Below are positions 38,033 through 47,665 of a DNA stretch of 64,000 bases, in pieces. Position 1 is the first letter of the stretch, and each line of letters opens with the position of its first letter. Location of the stretch: assembly GCA_963829055.1 (NCBI GenBank), contig CAWHHI010000020.1, forward strand, positions 928,001 to 992,000, in the 5' to 3' direction. This DNA is from an uncultured Gemmatimonadaceae bacterium. GTDB lineage: Bacteria; Gemmatimonadota; Gemmatimonadetes; Gemmatimonadales; Gemmatimonadaceae. The position numbers and the translations under genes were made by a program. The notes beneath the pieces were generated by a model that searched no databases, had not been told where the DNA came from, and saw nothing but the letters and a program-made list of their open reading frames with translations.

Positions 38033-38062
38033 TATCACGCGGATATCACGCGGTTATCGCGG
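38033..38062. promoter_or_regulatory. Direct repeats with 11-bp period, candidate regulator binding site
   Basis: TATCACGCGG-A-TATCACGCGG-T-TATCGCGG in the divergent intergenic region. Confidence 0.55.
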
Positions 38063-38251
38063 ACGCCTCCGCCAGCCGCCGGGCCGGACCGCAGGCGCGC
38101 ATCGAGACTGTTGGAGCACAACAACTTGAGCGTCATGCGCCGCAGGTGGTTTGCGCGAAATACGCCACGCGCACCATTCGCCCCGCTCGCCACCACGGCG
38201 CGCCGGATTTTCGAATCCGACCCATGCCTGACTAATTCACTGGAGCTACCA

Positions 38252-38671
38252 ATGCGCACGCTTCTTCTCCTATCCGTCGTTGCCACCCTGGCCGCTTGTG
38301 CCGACGAGCAGCCCGCTACGGCCCCACGGAGCACGCCCACGGCAACCGTTCCCATGGCGCAAGCCGGCGTCGACGCTCCGACGGGTCAAGGCAAGCCCGC
38401 AGCTGGACCTGTCGGCTTCACCACGGTCACGGTGGTGACGTCAAACGAGTTCTCGACGCCAGGTGGTGCGATTGCCGGACAAGCCTATTGCCCCGCCGGG
38501 ACGACCCGAATCAGCGGTGGCTACGCCTTCACCAGCGAGGGGAACCCGAGCGCGCCGCCGATCGTGACCCAGAACCAGCCGTTCGGGAACGGCTGGTGGG
38601 TCCGGATTCTGGCCACGCTGCCCGGGTCCTACGGTGGTGCGTTCAAGGTGTACGTGCTCTGCGCGAGCTGA
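38252..38671 (+). CDS. Hypothetical lipoprotein
   Basis: MRTLLLLSVVATLAAC lipobox, CPAGTTRISGGY, terminal VYVLCA. SD GGAG upstream. Confidence 0.8.
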   Translation: MRTLLLLSVVATLAACADEQPATAPRSTPTATVPMAQAGVDAPTGQGKPAAGPVGFTTVTVVTSNEFSTPGGAIAGQAYCPAGTTRISGGYAFTSEGNPSAPPIVTQNQPFGNGWWVRILATLPGSYGGAFKVYVLCAS

Positions 38672-38761
38672 GCATCGCGGATCACGCTGTGACCGAGTCG
38701 CGCGGCCGGTTGCACGTTGCCGGCCGCGCGACGTCTCCTTCCCTCTCTCATGTCCTGACTC

Positions 38762-39193
38762 ATGACCTCGGATCAGGTTCTGCTCGTGCGGTCGTCGTGG
38801 GCGGCGATCGCGACGCACGGCGACGAACTGAGCGTGCGGTTCTACGACCATCTCTTCGCGATCGACTCGAGCGCGGCACGTCTTTTCTCCCATGTGGACA
38901 TGAGCGCGCAGCGAGCGAAGCTCGCGCAGATGCTCGGCGCGGTGGTCCACGCACTCGATGACATCGACAGCCTGCTGCCCACAGTCGCCGCACTCGGCAA
39001 ACGGCACACGCGGTACGGTGTCGAGCACCGGCACTTCGACAGCGTGGAAGAAGCGCTGTTCCGCGCGTTCTCCGATACGTTAGGCGCTGTCTTCACGGCG
39101 GAGCTGCGCGCGGCCTGGGCGGAAGCGTACGCGCTGATCGCATCGGTGATGAAGCGGGCACTGATGCGCAGTACCGAGAAGGCGAACGTGTAG
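38762..39193 (+). CDS. Single-domain globin
   Basis: VRSSW, FYDHLF, QRAKL, LGKRHTRYGV, AAWAEAY. Confidence 0.9.
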   Translation: MTSDQVLLVRSSWAAIATHGDELSVRFYDHLFAIDSSAARLFSHVDMSAQRAKLAQMLGAVVHALDDIDSLLPTVAALGKRHTRYGVEHRHFDSVEEALFRAFSDTLGAVFTAELRAAWAEAYALIASVMKRALMRSTEKANV

Positions 39194-39352
39194 CTCCTGG
39201 CCACCTGTGAGAATCGCCAGTGGCGGCGCAACTTCGACGATCTGCTGAAACGCTGATCCGGCCGTGGGCGGAGGAGTGTGGAACGCGCGAGTACATGCAA
39301 CCCTGCATACTGTCGTACGCGGCGGCAGCGGCTGGTGACATGGACAAGGCGA

Positions 39353-39736
39353 TCATGTATGCCGATATCCACAGGCACGGCCGGCAGCGTCGGGCGGCGT
39401 AGAAGTGCAGATCGCATCCGTCGGATCCCAGAAGAACGCCGGGCCGCCGTACGCCACGTCCGCGCCGTCCTTGCCGCCATCCTGCACCCAGTACACGCCC
39501 TTGTCTCCGACCCTCGAGAAGTTGTCGTCGTAGGTCTTCACCGTGATCATGCTGATGTACGCCGTGTTGCCGACGACTCGAATACAAACGGGTTCCTGTA
39601 TGAGCTCTCCCCTTTGTGAACGGCCCGAACGCGGTTCGACATTCGCGAGTTTCACGATCGCGTCCTTGGAGGACGGCGGGGTGCCCCTCACATTCCTGCG
39701 GCTACCAGTCGAACGCTGGGTCACGCAGACAGGCAC
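39353..39736 (-). pseudogene. Fragment of a probable secreted protein
   Basis: Protein-like segment PVCIRVVGNTAYI...YWVQDGG...D without a credible start. Confidence 0.4.
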
Positions 39737-39746
39737 GAAAGCAAGA

Positions 39747-39850
39747 ATGAGCGAGCGCCGGAGGGCAGCGCTTGCCGATCGCTACCGCATATCCTCGTGG
39801 ATCAGTGGTCTGCGAATTGTGGATTGGTTCTCTGAAGCGGCGCGCGGTTG
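39747..39850 (+). pseudogene. Collapsed kinase gene remnant
   Basis: MSERRRAALADRYRI then LRIVDWFSEAAR, reminiscent of the terminal NWxxEL motif. End approximate. Confidence 0.5.
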
Positions 39851-40040
39851 CGCTGGCGACGTGGATCCAAGAAACGCACACCGACCATCGCCGAATCACC
39901 GATCGGGTCACCACGGAATCACCACCAGCGAGTTCAGGGACGAGACACGATCAGACCGACAGCCAAATGACCTGAACCGCCGGGTTCTTTCGTTATGGCT
40001 GGTGCGGGCACCATCACACGAGATGAGAGGACGGTCTGGG

Positions 40041-41471
40041 ATGCGAACGGGAGCCAGCGTACGAGCAGCAGTGACGGCGGTGGTCGGGTGTGCGGCCACG
40101 CTGACCGCGCAACAACGGCCGCCACTCCCACCCGGCGTCGCCCCATACGTGTCGGTGAACGCACCGCTGGTCGCGCTCACGCACGTGCGCGTCGTCGACG
40201 GAACCGGCGCGCCGGCGCGCGATGATCAGACGATCGTGATTCGCGGCGAGCGGATCGACGCCGTCGGCCCCGCGAGCTCGACTCGCGTTCCCGCCGGCGC
40301 GCAGGTGCTCGATCTCACCGGCCACACCGTCATCCCCGGACTCGTCGGCCTGCACGAGCACACGTGGTTCGGCGGAGTGCGCGTGAGCACGCCGATGGGC
40401 GCGAGCGCGTCATCGCTATACCTCGCGATGGGCGTGACCACGGCCATGACCGCCGGCAGCGAGTTTCCGTATCACGAGCTGAATCTGAAACGCGCCGTGG
40501 ACGCGGGGTCGGTGCCCGGTCCCCGGTTCGAGATCGCCGGGCCCTATCTCAACGGCGGCCCACCGCGCGCCTCCGCGGGGCAGAGCATCGTGCGCTCGCC
40601 GGCGGAAGCTCGACGCACCATCGCGTACTGGGCGAGCGAAGGCGCGACCTGGTTCAAGTTCCTCGGCGCGGAGACCCGCGCCGAGTTGGCGGCCGGGATC
40701 ACGGAGGCGCACGCGCGTGGACTCAAGGTCACGGGTCACCTCTGCTCCGTCACGTTCACCGAGGCGGCCGCGCTCGGGATCGACCTGCTCCAGCACGGGT
40801 TCATCACGAACAGCGAGTACGTGGCGAACAAGGCGCCTGACGTCTGCCCGCCAGAGAACATGCGCGCGCAGGCGAACGTCAATGTGAGCTCCGCGGCGGT
40901 GCAGGCGAGCATCCGCGCGATCGTGTCCCGCGGTGCCGCCGTTGCGTCCACGTTAGGCGTCTACGAGACCTTCATTCCCGAGCGCGCACGCCTCGACTCG
41001 GCTGCAATGGCGATGCTCGCGCCCGCCACACGCACGGAGGTCCAGGCCAACCACGCCGGCCTCGCTCAGAGCGGGTTCACCATTCCCGTACCGCTGTTGA
41101 AGAAGATGATGGAATGGGAACGCGCGTTCGTGCGCGCCGGAGGCCTGCTCGGCGCCGGTTGCGATCCGTGGGGCACCGGCTTCCTGCCCGGCTTCGGCGA
41201 TCTGCGGAACTACGAGTTGCTGCTCGAAGCCGGGTTCAAGCCTGAAGAAGCGGTGCAGATCATGACGTTCAACGGCGCGCGCATTCTGGGCAAGGAACGG
41301 CAGCTCGGCTCGATTGCACCCGGCAAGCTGGCGGACGTCGTGGTCATCCGGGGAAACCCGTTAGGCACGCCGCGAGCCATCTACAATGTCGTGACTGTGT
41401 TCAAGGGCGGCCTGGGCTACGATTCCGCACGGCTGCGGGAGGCGGTGAAGGGTCGAATCGGCGGGTCGTGA
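40041..41471 (+). CDS. Amidohydrolase family protein, secreted
   Basis: VVDGTG, DLTGHTVIPGLVGLHEH, KVTGHLC, GSIAPGKLADVVVIRGNP. Confidence 0.9.
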   Translation: MRTGASVRAAVTAVVGCAATLTAQQRPPLPPGVAPYVSVNAPLVALTHVRVVDGTGAPARDDQTIVIRGERIDAVGPASSTRVPAGAQVLDLTGHTVIPGLVGLHEHTWFGGVRVSTPMGASASSLYLAMGVTTAMTAGSEFPYHELNLKRAVDAGSVPGPRFEIAGPYLNGGPPRASAGQSIVRSPAEARRTIAYWASEGATWFKFLGAETRAELAAGITEAHARGLKVTGHLCSVTFTEAAALGIDLLQHGFITNSEYVANKAPDVCPPENMRAQANVNVSSAAVQASIRAIVSRGAAVASTLGVYETFIPERARLDSAAMAMLAPATRTEVQANHAGLAQSGFTIPVPLLKKMMEWERAFVRAGGLLGAGCDPWGTGFLPGFGDLRNYELLLEAGFKPEEAVQIMTFNGARILGKERQLGSIAPGKLADVVVIRGNPLGTPRAIYNVVTVFKGGLGYDSARLREAVKGRIGGS

Positions 41472-41478
41472 GCCGGCG

Positions 41479-42585
41479 TCATGGCGCGGGATGCAGCGTC
41501 AGCTTCTGGACGCGCCAGTTGAGCAGCTCCGCCACGTACAGCTCGTTCTCCGACGGGCACGCAATCTCGTGGATCCAGCCGAACTGCTTCACGTCCTTGC
41601 CCGCCTCGCCTAACACACCGAGGACCTTGCCGTCGAGCGAGAGCTTGTAGATGCGACCGGGCACCGCATCCGCGCTGTACAGGACCTGATTCGGCCCCGG
41701 CGTTATGCAGATCGCCCACGGTGCACCCGACACGGCGAGCGGGTTCGACCCCGCGCTCGGCATCGCGCCGAGCATGACGTTAGGCGCCCCGGCGAACGGG
41801 ACGTCGATGGTGAACTGGCGGAGGAAGGTACCGTCCGCGTCGAATACCTGGATGCGCCGGTTCGTGCGGTCGGCCACGTAGACGTTGCCGCGGGCGTCGC
41901 TGGCGATCGAGTGAAGGATGTTGAACTGGCCCTGCTCCGCGCCGCGCTCGCCCCACGTCTTCACCCAGCGACCGTGCGCGTCGACCTTCACGACGCGCGA
42001 GTTGTTGTAGCCGTCGGCGATGAATGCGTTGCCGGCATTGTCCCAGGCGATGTCGGTCGGCCGGTTGAACGATCCCCAGCCCGGTCGCGGCTGCGTACCC
42101 GGCGCCGGCTCGGCCGGCGGCGCTTCCACGGCCTCGGCGCGACGGCCGAGCACCATGAGTACTCGACCCGCGGGACTCAGCTCGATGACCATGTTGGTCC
42201 CTTCGTCCACCGCCCAGATGTTGCCGCCCGGGCCAATGCGCACGGTGTGCGCGAATGCGAAGCCGTAGAGATTCTTGCCGAGCTCGCGGATGAACGACCC
42301 GTCGGGCCCGAACTCGAACAGCTGCGAAGCGGCGGCGCCGTGCACGGTGGTGCGTGAGCCGGTGCGGCTGAAGACGAACAGGTGGCGCCGCGCATCCATC
42401 GCGACGCCGGCGACTTCGCCGAAGTAGAGATCCGGCGGAAGCTTGAGGAAGTCGACGCTGGCGTCGAACTGAATTGTCGGCACGCCGGCGGCACCGGGAG
42501 CGCGCTCGGCCTGCTGTGCCTTCGCAGTGGCCGCAACACTCGCGGACAGCGATGCGACAGCAATGACGCCGTAGGTGAAGCTCAT
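41479..42585 (-). CDS. NHL-repeat protein, peptidyl-alpha-hydroxyglycine amidating lyase-like
   Basis: FAHTVRI..GNIWAVD, FNRPTDIAWD..IADGYNNSRV, YVADRTNRRIQVF, AELLNWRVQK. Confidence 0.9.
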   Translation of the reverse strand: MSFTYGVIAVASLSASVAATAKAQQAERAPGAAGVPTIQFDASVDFLKLPPDLYFGEVAGVAMDARRHLFVFSRTGSRTTVHGAAASQLFEFGPDGSFIRELGKNLYGFAFAHTVRIGPGGNIWAVDEGTNMVIELSPAGRVLMVLGRRAEAVEAPPAEPAPGTQPRPGWGSFNRPTDIAWDNAGNAFIADGYNNSRVVKVDAHGRWVKTWGERGAEQGQFNILHSIASDARGNVYVADRTNRRIQVFDADGTFLRQFTIDVPFAGAPNVMLGAMPSAGSNPLAVSGAPWAICITPGPNQVLYSADAVPGRIYKLSLDGKVLGVLGEAGKDVKQFGWIHEIACPSENELYVAELLNWRVQKLTLHPAP

Positions 42586-42736
42586 TGTTATCTCCGCGTT
42601 AGGGCTGACGGGCCGGTCGTCATCGGATCGGGCGCGCAGAATGTACTGCATGACTGCGGTAATCGGGCTGAGCGCTCGACGCCTTGCGGCGCGACCACAG
42701 CATCGTGGGCGTCCATGGTTTGTAGAGGAACAATCG

Positions 42737-42795
42737 TGGACATAGCCTTGACAAATGGTTATTCATCGCCAAATTGCATGGACAAACGGTGGACA
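42737..42795. promoter_or_regulatory. Two pairs of T(G/T)GACA direct repeats spaced 11 bp
   Basis: TGGACA 42737, TTGACA 42748, TGGACA 42779 and 42790, in an AT-richer divergent intergenic region. Confidence 0.45.
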
Positions 42796-42885
42796 GCATG
42801 CGGCCACCGTCGCCGGGGCGGACGACAGACCGAGTCAGTCCTCACCTTCGCCCGGTCCGCCAACACACCCATACGAGGATCCGCC

Positions 42886-43581
42886 ATGATCAACAAACCG
42901 ACTCTCACGCTGGCGCTGCTCGCGACGTTCGCGGTCGCAGCGTGCAGCGACGATGACAACGTGACCGCCCCCGTCACCACGGCGCAGTTGCGCGTCGTGC
43001 ATGCGTCACCCGACGCACCGAACGTGGACGTTCTCGTCGACAATGCGCCGGCGCTCACGAATGTCGCGTACAAGGTGGCGTCGAATTACCTCGACGTTCC
43101 GTCCGGGAGCCGCAACCTGAAGGTGCGCGCGACTGGGACGACCACGGTCGTCATCGACGGAAACAGCACGCTCGCCGAGGGCGTTTTCTACACGGTACTC
43201 GCGACCGGTCGCGTCGCGTCGATCGCCCCACTCGTGCTGACGGACGACCAGACGAGCCCCGCCTCGGGCAACATTCGCCTGCGCCTGGTGCACGCGTCGC
43301 CAACCGCCGGGAACGTCGACATCTACGTGACCGCGCCGTCAGCCGACATCGCTACGGCGACGCCGACGCTGGCGAACGTGCCGTTCCGCGCGGCGTCGGG
43401 CTATCTCGAGGTTCCGGCCGGAACGTATCGCGTACGCATCACTCCAGCCGGTACCAAGACCGTCGCGATCGACGTCAATAACGTCGCGCTCGTCGCCGGT
43501 CAGGTGCGAACCGCGGTCGCCGTCGACGCTCCGGGCGGTGGGGCGCCACTTGGTGCGATTCTTCTCGCCGACAAGAACTGA
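42886..43581 (+). CDS. DUF4397-like lipoprotein
   Basis: Lipobox AVAAC. Two repeats: LRVVHASPDAPNVDV and LRLVHASPTAGNVDIY. Confidence 0.85.
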   Translation: MINKPTLTLALLATFAVAACSDDDNVTAPVTTAQLRVVHASPDAPNVDVLVDNAPALTNVAYKVASNYLDVPSGSRNLKVRATGTTTVVIDGNSTLAEGVFYTVLATGRVASIAPLVLTDDQTSPASGNIRLRLVHASPTAGNVDIYVTAPSADIATATPTLANVPFRAASGYLEVPAGTYRVRITPAGTKTVAIDVNNVALVAGQVRTAVAVDAPGGGAPLGAILLADKN

Positions 43582-43675
43582 GCCGAGCCAGTCGGTAGAT
43601 GCCGCACGGCCAGGTCACTCGCGTCCAGGTGGCCGGCCGTGTTGCACTCGCGGCATCCGCGCGACGCACTCACAC

Positions 43676-44240
43676 CTACTGCAGCCCGTACACCACGATC
43701 TGGCTCGCGCTGGACCCACCCGGCCAGATCGGCGACTTCATCCCCGCCGCCACGCCGATCCGCTGCTTCCCGCCGGCGAGATAACTCACGATCCCGCCGC
43801 CCATCGACTGCCCCGTCGTTAGGCGCCAGAGCACCGCGCCCGTTCGCGGCATCGAACGCGTACAGCGTCCCGCCCAGGTCCGCGGCGAACACGACGCCTC
43901 CCGCGGTCGGCGTGAGGCCCGCGAGCACGGGACGCGACGCCGCGAACTTCCACCGCACCGCCCCGTTGTCCGCGTCGAACGCGGTGAGCCACCCCCTCGC
44001 GCTGTCCGGCGGATCCAGCCGCTGCGACGCGGCGCCGAACCACCCGGCCCCCTTCGCCGGAACGGGCGCGGACTCGGCACGAGCTGCACGGTCGCGCACC
44101 AGTCGACGGCGCCGACGTAGATCGTGTTCAGTGCCGGATGAAACGCGGCGCCATTCCATTCGGATCCGCCGAGGTAGCCGGGACAGAACCGCGTCTTCGT
44201 GTCCGGCGTGAGCGGCGCTTCGATGTCTCGCGCGTAGGGC
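43676..44240 (-). pseudogene. C-terminal fragment of a PQQ-dependent dehydrogenase-like propeller
   Basis: CPGYLGGSEWNGAAF, GWLTAFDA..W, GGVVFAADLGG.LYAFDA, GGIVSY...GKQ. N-terminal part missing. Confidence 0.7.
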
Positions 44241-44690
44241 TGACGGGCGGTCGTCATCGGATCGAGTGCGCAGTGTACCGTCGCGCGTCCCGGGAGTGTC
44301 GAGCCAATTCCGTACGGGGAGTTGCTCGTGCCCCCGGACGTGGCGCATTTCACCAGCGCGCCGTCGTCGAGCGCATCGTCGCACGTGGATGCGTAGCTCC
44401 TGGTCGAACACGTCGGTTATGTTCTCACGTCGCCGTCTGACGTCGAGCTCGAGCCGGAGTTCATACACCGCGACTCTACGCCGTGGACGAACGGCGGAGG
44501 TGATCGCGGGACAGTGGTGTGGCCGGCCGGCGAAACAACTCCACTCGCGCTCGACATCGGCGCCCTGTTCCCGCGTTCTGGACACGTGACCGCGTCGGAT
44601 CGCGTTAGGCGCTCGAACCGTACGAGGCGGTCACGGATTACCTGGGGCCGGACTGGTAGTAGAACGGCCGTTCTTGACGCAGAAGCCCCC

Positions 44691-45084
44691 TCACGGCAGG
44701 AGTCGAAACCCCTCGGCGGTGAAGTCCGGGTCGAGGCCCATCACGTCCGTGAGCCCTTCGGCGTCCATTACGACGAAGCTCACCACGTCGACGAGGCTCA
44801 CCTTCCGCTTATCGGTGCGGAAGAGTCGCTGACGGCGCGACAATGCAGCTCGCTCGAGACCCACTGCACGGTCACGAGCGGCAGGATCCGCTCGTTCCAG
44901 GTCGCGGACAGGTGCGCGGCCAATGCGGTGCAGCACGCGCATGTCCACGCTGACGCTAGTTCGTCGTCACCATTCGGCGGCCGCGCTCCGCCGCTGCGCG
45001 GAACGCCTCCAGCATCGCGCTGTGATCGCGCTCGGTGCGCACGAGCAGCGCATAGAACCCAGACGTGTCGACGAACAGGCTCAC
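44691..45084 (-). CDS. vapC: PIN-domain VapC toxin (indel and internal stop in this read)
   Basis: LFVDTSGFYAL, MVTTN, SLVDVVSFVVM, LDPDFTAEGF. GTGA overlap with the antitoxin. Confidence 0.8.
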
Positions 45085-45338
45085 CGCCGATACGCGTCGT
45101 GCAGATACTTGTCGTGCTCCTGCGCGACGTCCGTCGCCCCCTCCGGATCCTCGTGGGTTCCTGCAACCTGCAATGCGTCGCGCACGCGTTGCGCACGAGT
45201 AGGCACGCCGTGCTCCGCCTCGAGTTGCTGGTCGACGCATCGGCGGATGGCCTCGGACAGCGAGATACCGCGCTGCTGCGCCCAGCGCTTGAGCCGCCGA
45301 TACTGGTCGGGCGTGAGCTGGATCTGAGTACGCACCAT
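45081..45338 (-). CDS. vapB: Ribbon-helix-helix (CopG-like) antitoxin
   Basis: MVRTQIQLT...GISLSEAIRR, terminal HDKYL, upstream of the PIN gene. Confidence 0.85.
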   Translation of the reverse strand: MVRTQIQLTPDQYRRLKRWAQQRGISLSEAIRRCVDQQLEAEHGVPTRAQRVRDALQVAGTHEDPEGATDVAQEHDKYLHDAYRR

Positions 45339-45360
45339 GATGTAATCAGTAATGATGTAA
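45337..45360. promoter_or_regulatory. Candidate TA operator
   Basis: ATGATGTAA direct repeat at 45337 and 45352, overlapping the antitoxin start. Confidence 0.45.
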
Positions 45361-45390
45361 CGATACGTATTGAATGTTACGGCAGAGCCC

Positions 45391-45663
45391 AAACGGCGCC
45401 GAAACGGCGCGAATCCCGAAGGCGCGAAATCCCGAACGGCGCGAAATCCCAGAAGGCGCCAAATGCCAGAGGCGCGAAATCCCGAACGGCGACAGAATGC
45501 GGAACGGCGAGAAGCGGCGGTCGTGGGACGGCGTTCCGCCCTTTGTCGTCGTTCGGGATTTCGCGCCGTCGGGATTTCGCGCCTTCGGGATTTCGCGCTC
45601 TTCGGGATTTCGCGCCGTTCGGGATTTCGCGCCGTCTCACGCCGTGCGCCGTCTCACGCCGTT
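45391..45663. repeat. Palindromic array of 17-bp tandem units, copy 2
   Basis: Tandem GGCGCGAAATCCCGAA units, a centre, then tandem TTCGGGATTTCGCGCC units. Confidence 0.9.
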
Positions 45664-45740
45664 GGTACTGGCGCGCCGCCCCTGAATTCCGGACCTTCAG
45701 CTGCCCCGTTCTACCCCTCACGCGACCGAGATCCCCGACA

Positions 45741-46908
45741 ATGCACGGCCAATTCATCTGGTACGAGCTCACCACGCCCGACGTCGACGCGGCGAAGAAG
45801 TTCTACCCGCGCTTCACCGGGTGGGGGACGCAGCCGTTCGACAACGACTATACGATGTGGACCACCGACGGCGTTCCGATCGGCGGCCTGTTCCAACTCA
45901 GCGACGAGATGCGGCAACAGGGCGTTCCACCGAACTGGATGCCGTACGTCGAATCCAACGACGTCGACGACACCGTCGCGAAGGCGACGTCGTTAGGCGC
46001 CCAGCTCCTCCACGGCCCCGAGGATATCCCCGGCGCCGGCCGCATCGCGGTGCTGCAGGATCCTCAGGGCGCCGCGTTCGGCGTCTACAAGTCGACCAGC
46101 GGCATGAGCGGGTGGGACGGCACGGCGTCCGTCGGACGCTTCTCGTGGCACGAGCTCATGACCACCGACCGCGTCGCCGCGTTCGAGTTCTATCGCGCGC
46201 TGTTCGGCTGGGAGAAGAACGGCGAGATGGACATGGGCGGCGGCGAGATCTACTCCATGTACGGCCACGGCCAGAACATGTACGGCGGCATGTTCAACGC
46301 GACCGGCGACATGGCCGGCAATGCGCCCGTTCTGGCTCGTGTACATCAACGTGAAGGACGTCGGCAAGGCAGTGGCCGCCGCCACGAAGGCGGGCGGCGC
46401 GGTCCACCGCCCACAGATGGACATCCCCGGCGGCTCGATCGCCATCCTCGGCGACCCACAAGGCGCTGGATTCGCGCTGCATCACGTGAGCGCCCAGGCA
46501 CCTGCGGCGCTGCCAGCCGCAAAACCAACCGCGAAGAAAGTCGCGAAGGCGCTCAAGGGAGCGGCGAACTCGCTCGTGAGGGCGGCAAAGAAGGTCACCA
46601 GGAAAGTCGCGACCGCGACAAAGAAGGCCGAGAAGAAAGTCGCCAAGAAAGTCGCGAAGACGGCCAAATCGGCGACGAAACACACCGCGAAGGTAGCAAC
46701 GAAGAAGACTCCGAAGAAACCCGCGCGAGCCGCCACTCGGTCGAAGACAACGGCCAGGACGGCGTCGAAGACTCCCGCTAAGCGGCCGTCAAAGACCGCG
46801 TCGAAAAACGCGTCGAAGAGTCGGTCGAAGAGCGCGTCCAAAGCGAGGCCTAACGCGCGCAAGAAGACGAAGACAGCCAGGAAGTCGGGAGCGACACGGC
46901 GCCGGTAG
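45741..46908 (+). CDS. VOC/glyoxalase two-domain protein with a Lys/Ala-rich tail; frameshift near 46321
   Basis: FIWYELTTPD, WMPYV, AVLQDPQGAAF, FSWHELMTTD, DPQGAGFAL, then AKKVAK-type repeats. Confidence 0.85.
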
Positions 46909-46944
46909 CTGCCGCATCAGGACGGAGCGGTTGGCGGTGGAACC

Positions 46945-47505
46945 CTAGCGAAGCACCTCTGCAAGCGCGCACGTAAAACCAGGGAGGACCGGGCTGGCGT
47001 CGAGAAGGCCATCCGACGAGACAATCGTCAGCCCGCCGTCGTCCCGATACGTGCGCGCCTCGACGCGGGACGGGTCGATGACCCACACGAGCATCGTTCC
47101 CGCGTCGATCCATTGCCCCACTTTGGTCAGCACCTCACCGGGCCGGTCATCGGGCGAAACGATCTCTGCAACCAGATCGGGCGCGAACGCGGCGTACCCA
47201 CGGGACGGAATCAGCCCGACGCGTGCGCGGCAAACGACAGCCACATCCGGCGCGCGCACAGTGTCAGGATCGGATTCGATCTTGAATCCGGTATCCTGCC
47301 CGCACACGACACCGAGGTTGTTTCGGTAGACGTGGTCGGCGAGAAGGTACGCCAGCCTCGCGGCAATGCTGCCATGTCGCGTGCCTGGTGGCTCGCGAAC
47401 GAGCAGCCGTCCGCGCCAGAGCTCGGTCGCCTTCCCGGCCGCGTCCAGCCGCAGAAGCTCCTCAGCCGTAAGAAGATGGGCCATCGAGTCAGCGGGCATG
47501 GCCAC
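46945..47505 (-). CDS. Uma2 (DUF820) family endonuclease-like protein
   Basis: TVRAPDVA, APDLVAEIVSPDD, LVWVIDP, VLPGF. Confidence 0.9.
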   Translation of the reverse strand: MAMPADSMAHLLTAEELLRLDAAGKATELWRGRLLVREPPGTRHGSIAARLAYLLADHVYRNNLGVVCGQDTGFKIESDPDTVRAPDVAVVCRARVGLIPSRGYAAFAPDLVAEIVSPDDRPGEVLTKVGQWIDAGTMLVWVIDPSRVEARTYRDDGGLTIVSSDGLLDASPVLPGFTCALAEVLR

Positions 47506-47665
47506 ACTATGATCCTCGCGGAGTGGGGGGTCAACGGGTTAGGGCGGAGAATCGCGAGGCCCACGCCTTCGGGCATCATCGTGCGGTCGCAGTCCCCACC
47601 GTTTCGACGCCCTAGCGGGTGTCTTACCGCGCCCTAGCTTCCGTCGAACCTCGCACCCACTTCCC

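Noticed and set aside
44514..46781. 755-aa ORF
   Set aside because: It is a composite of antisense TA sequence, the repeat array and the real VOC gene starting at 45741.
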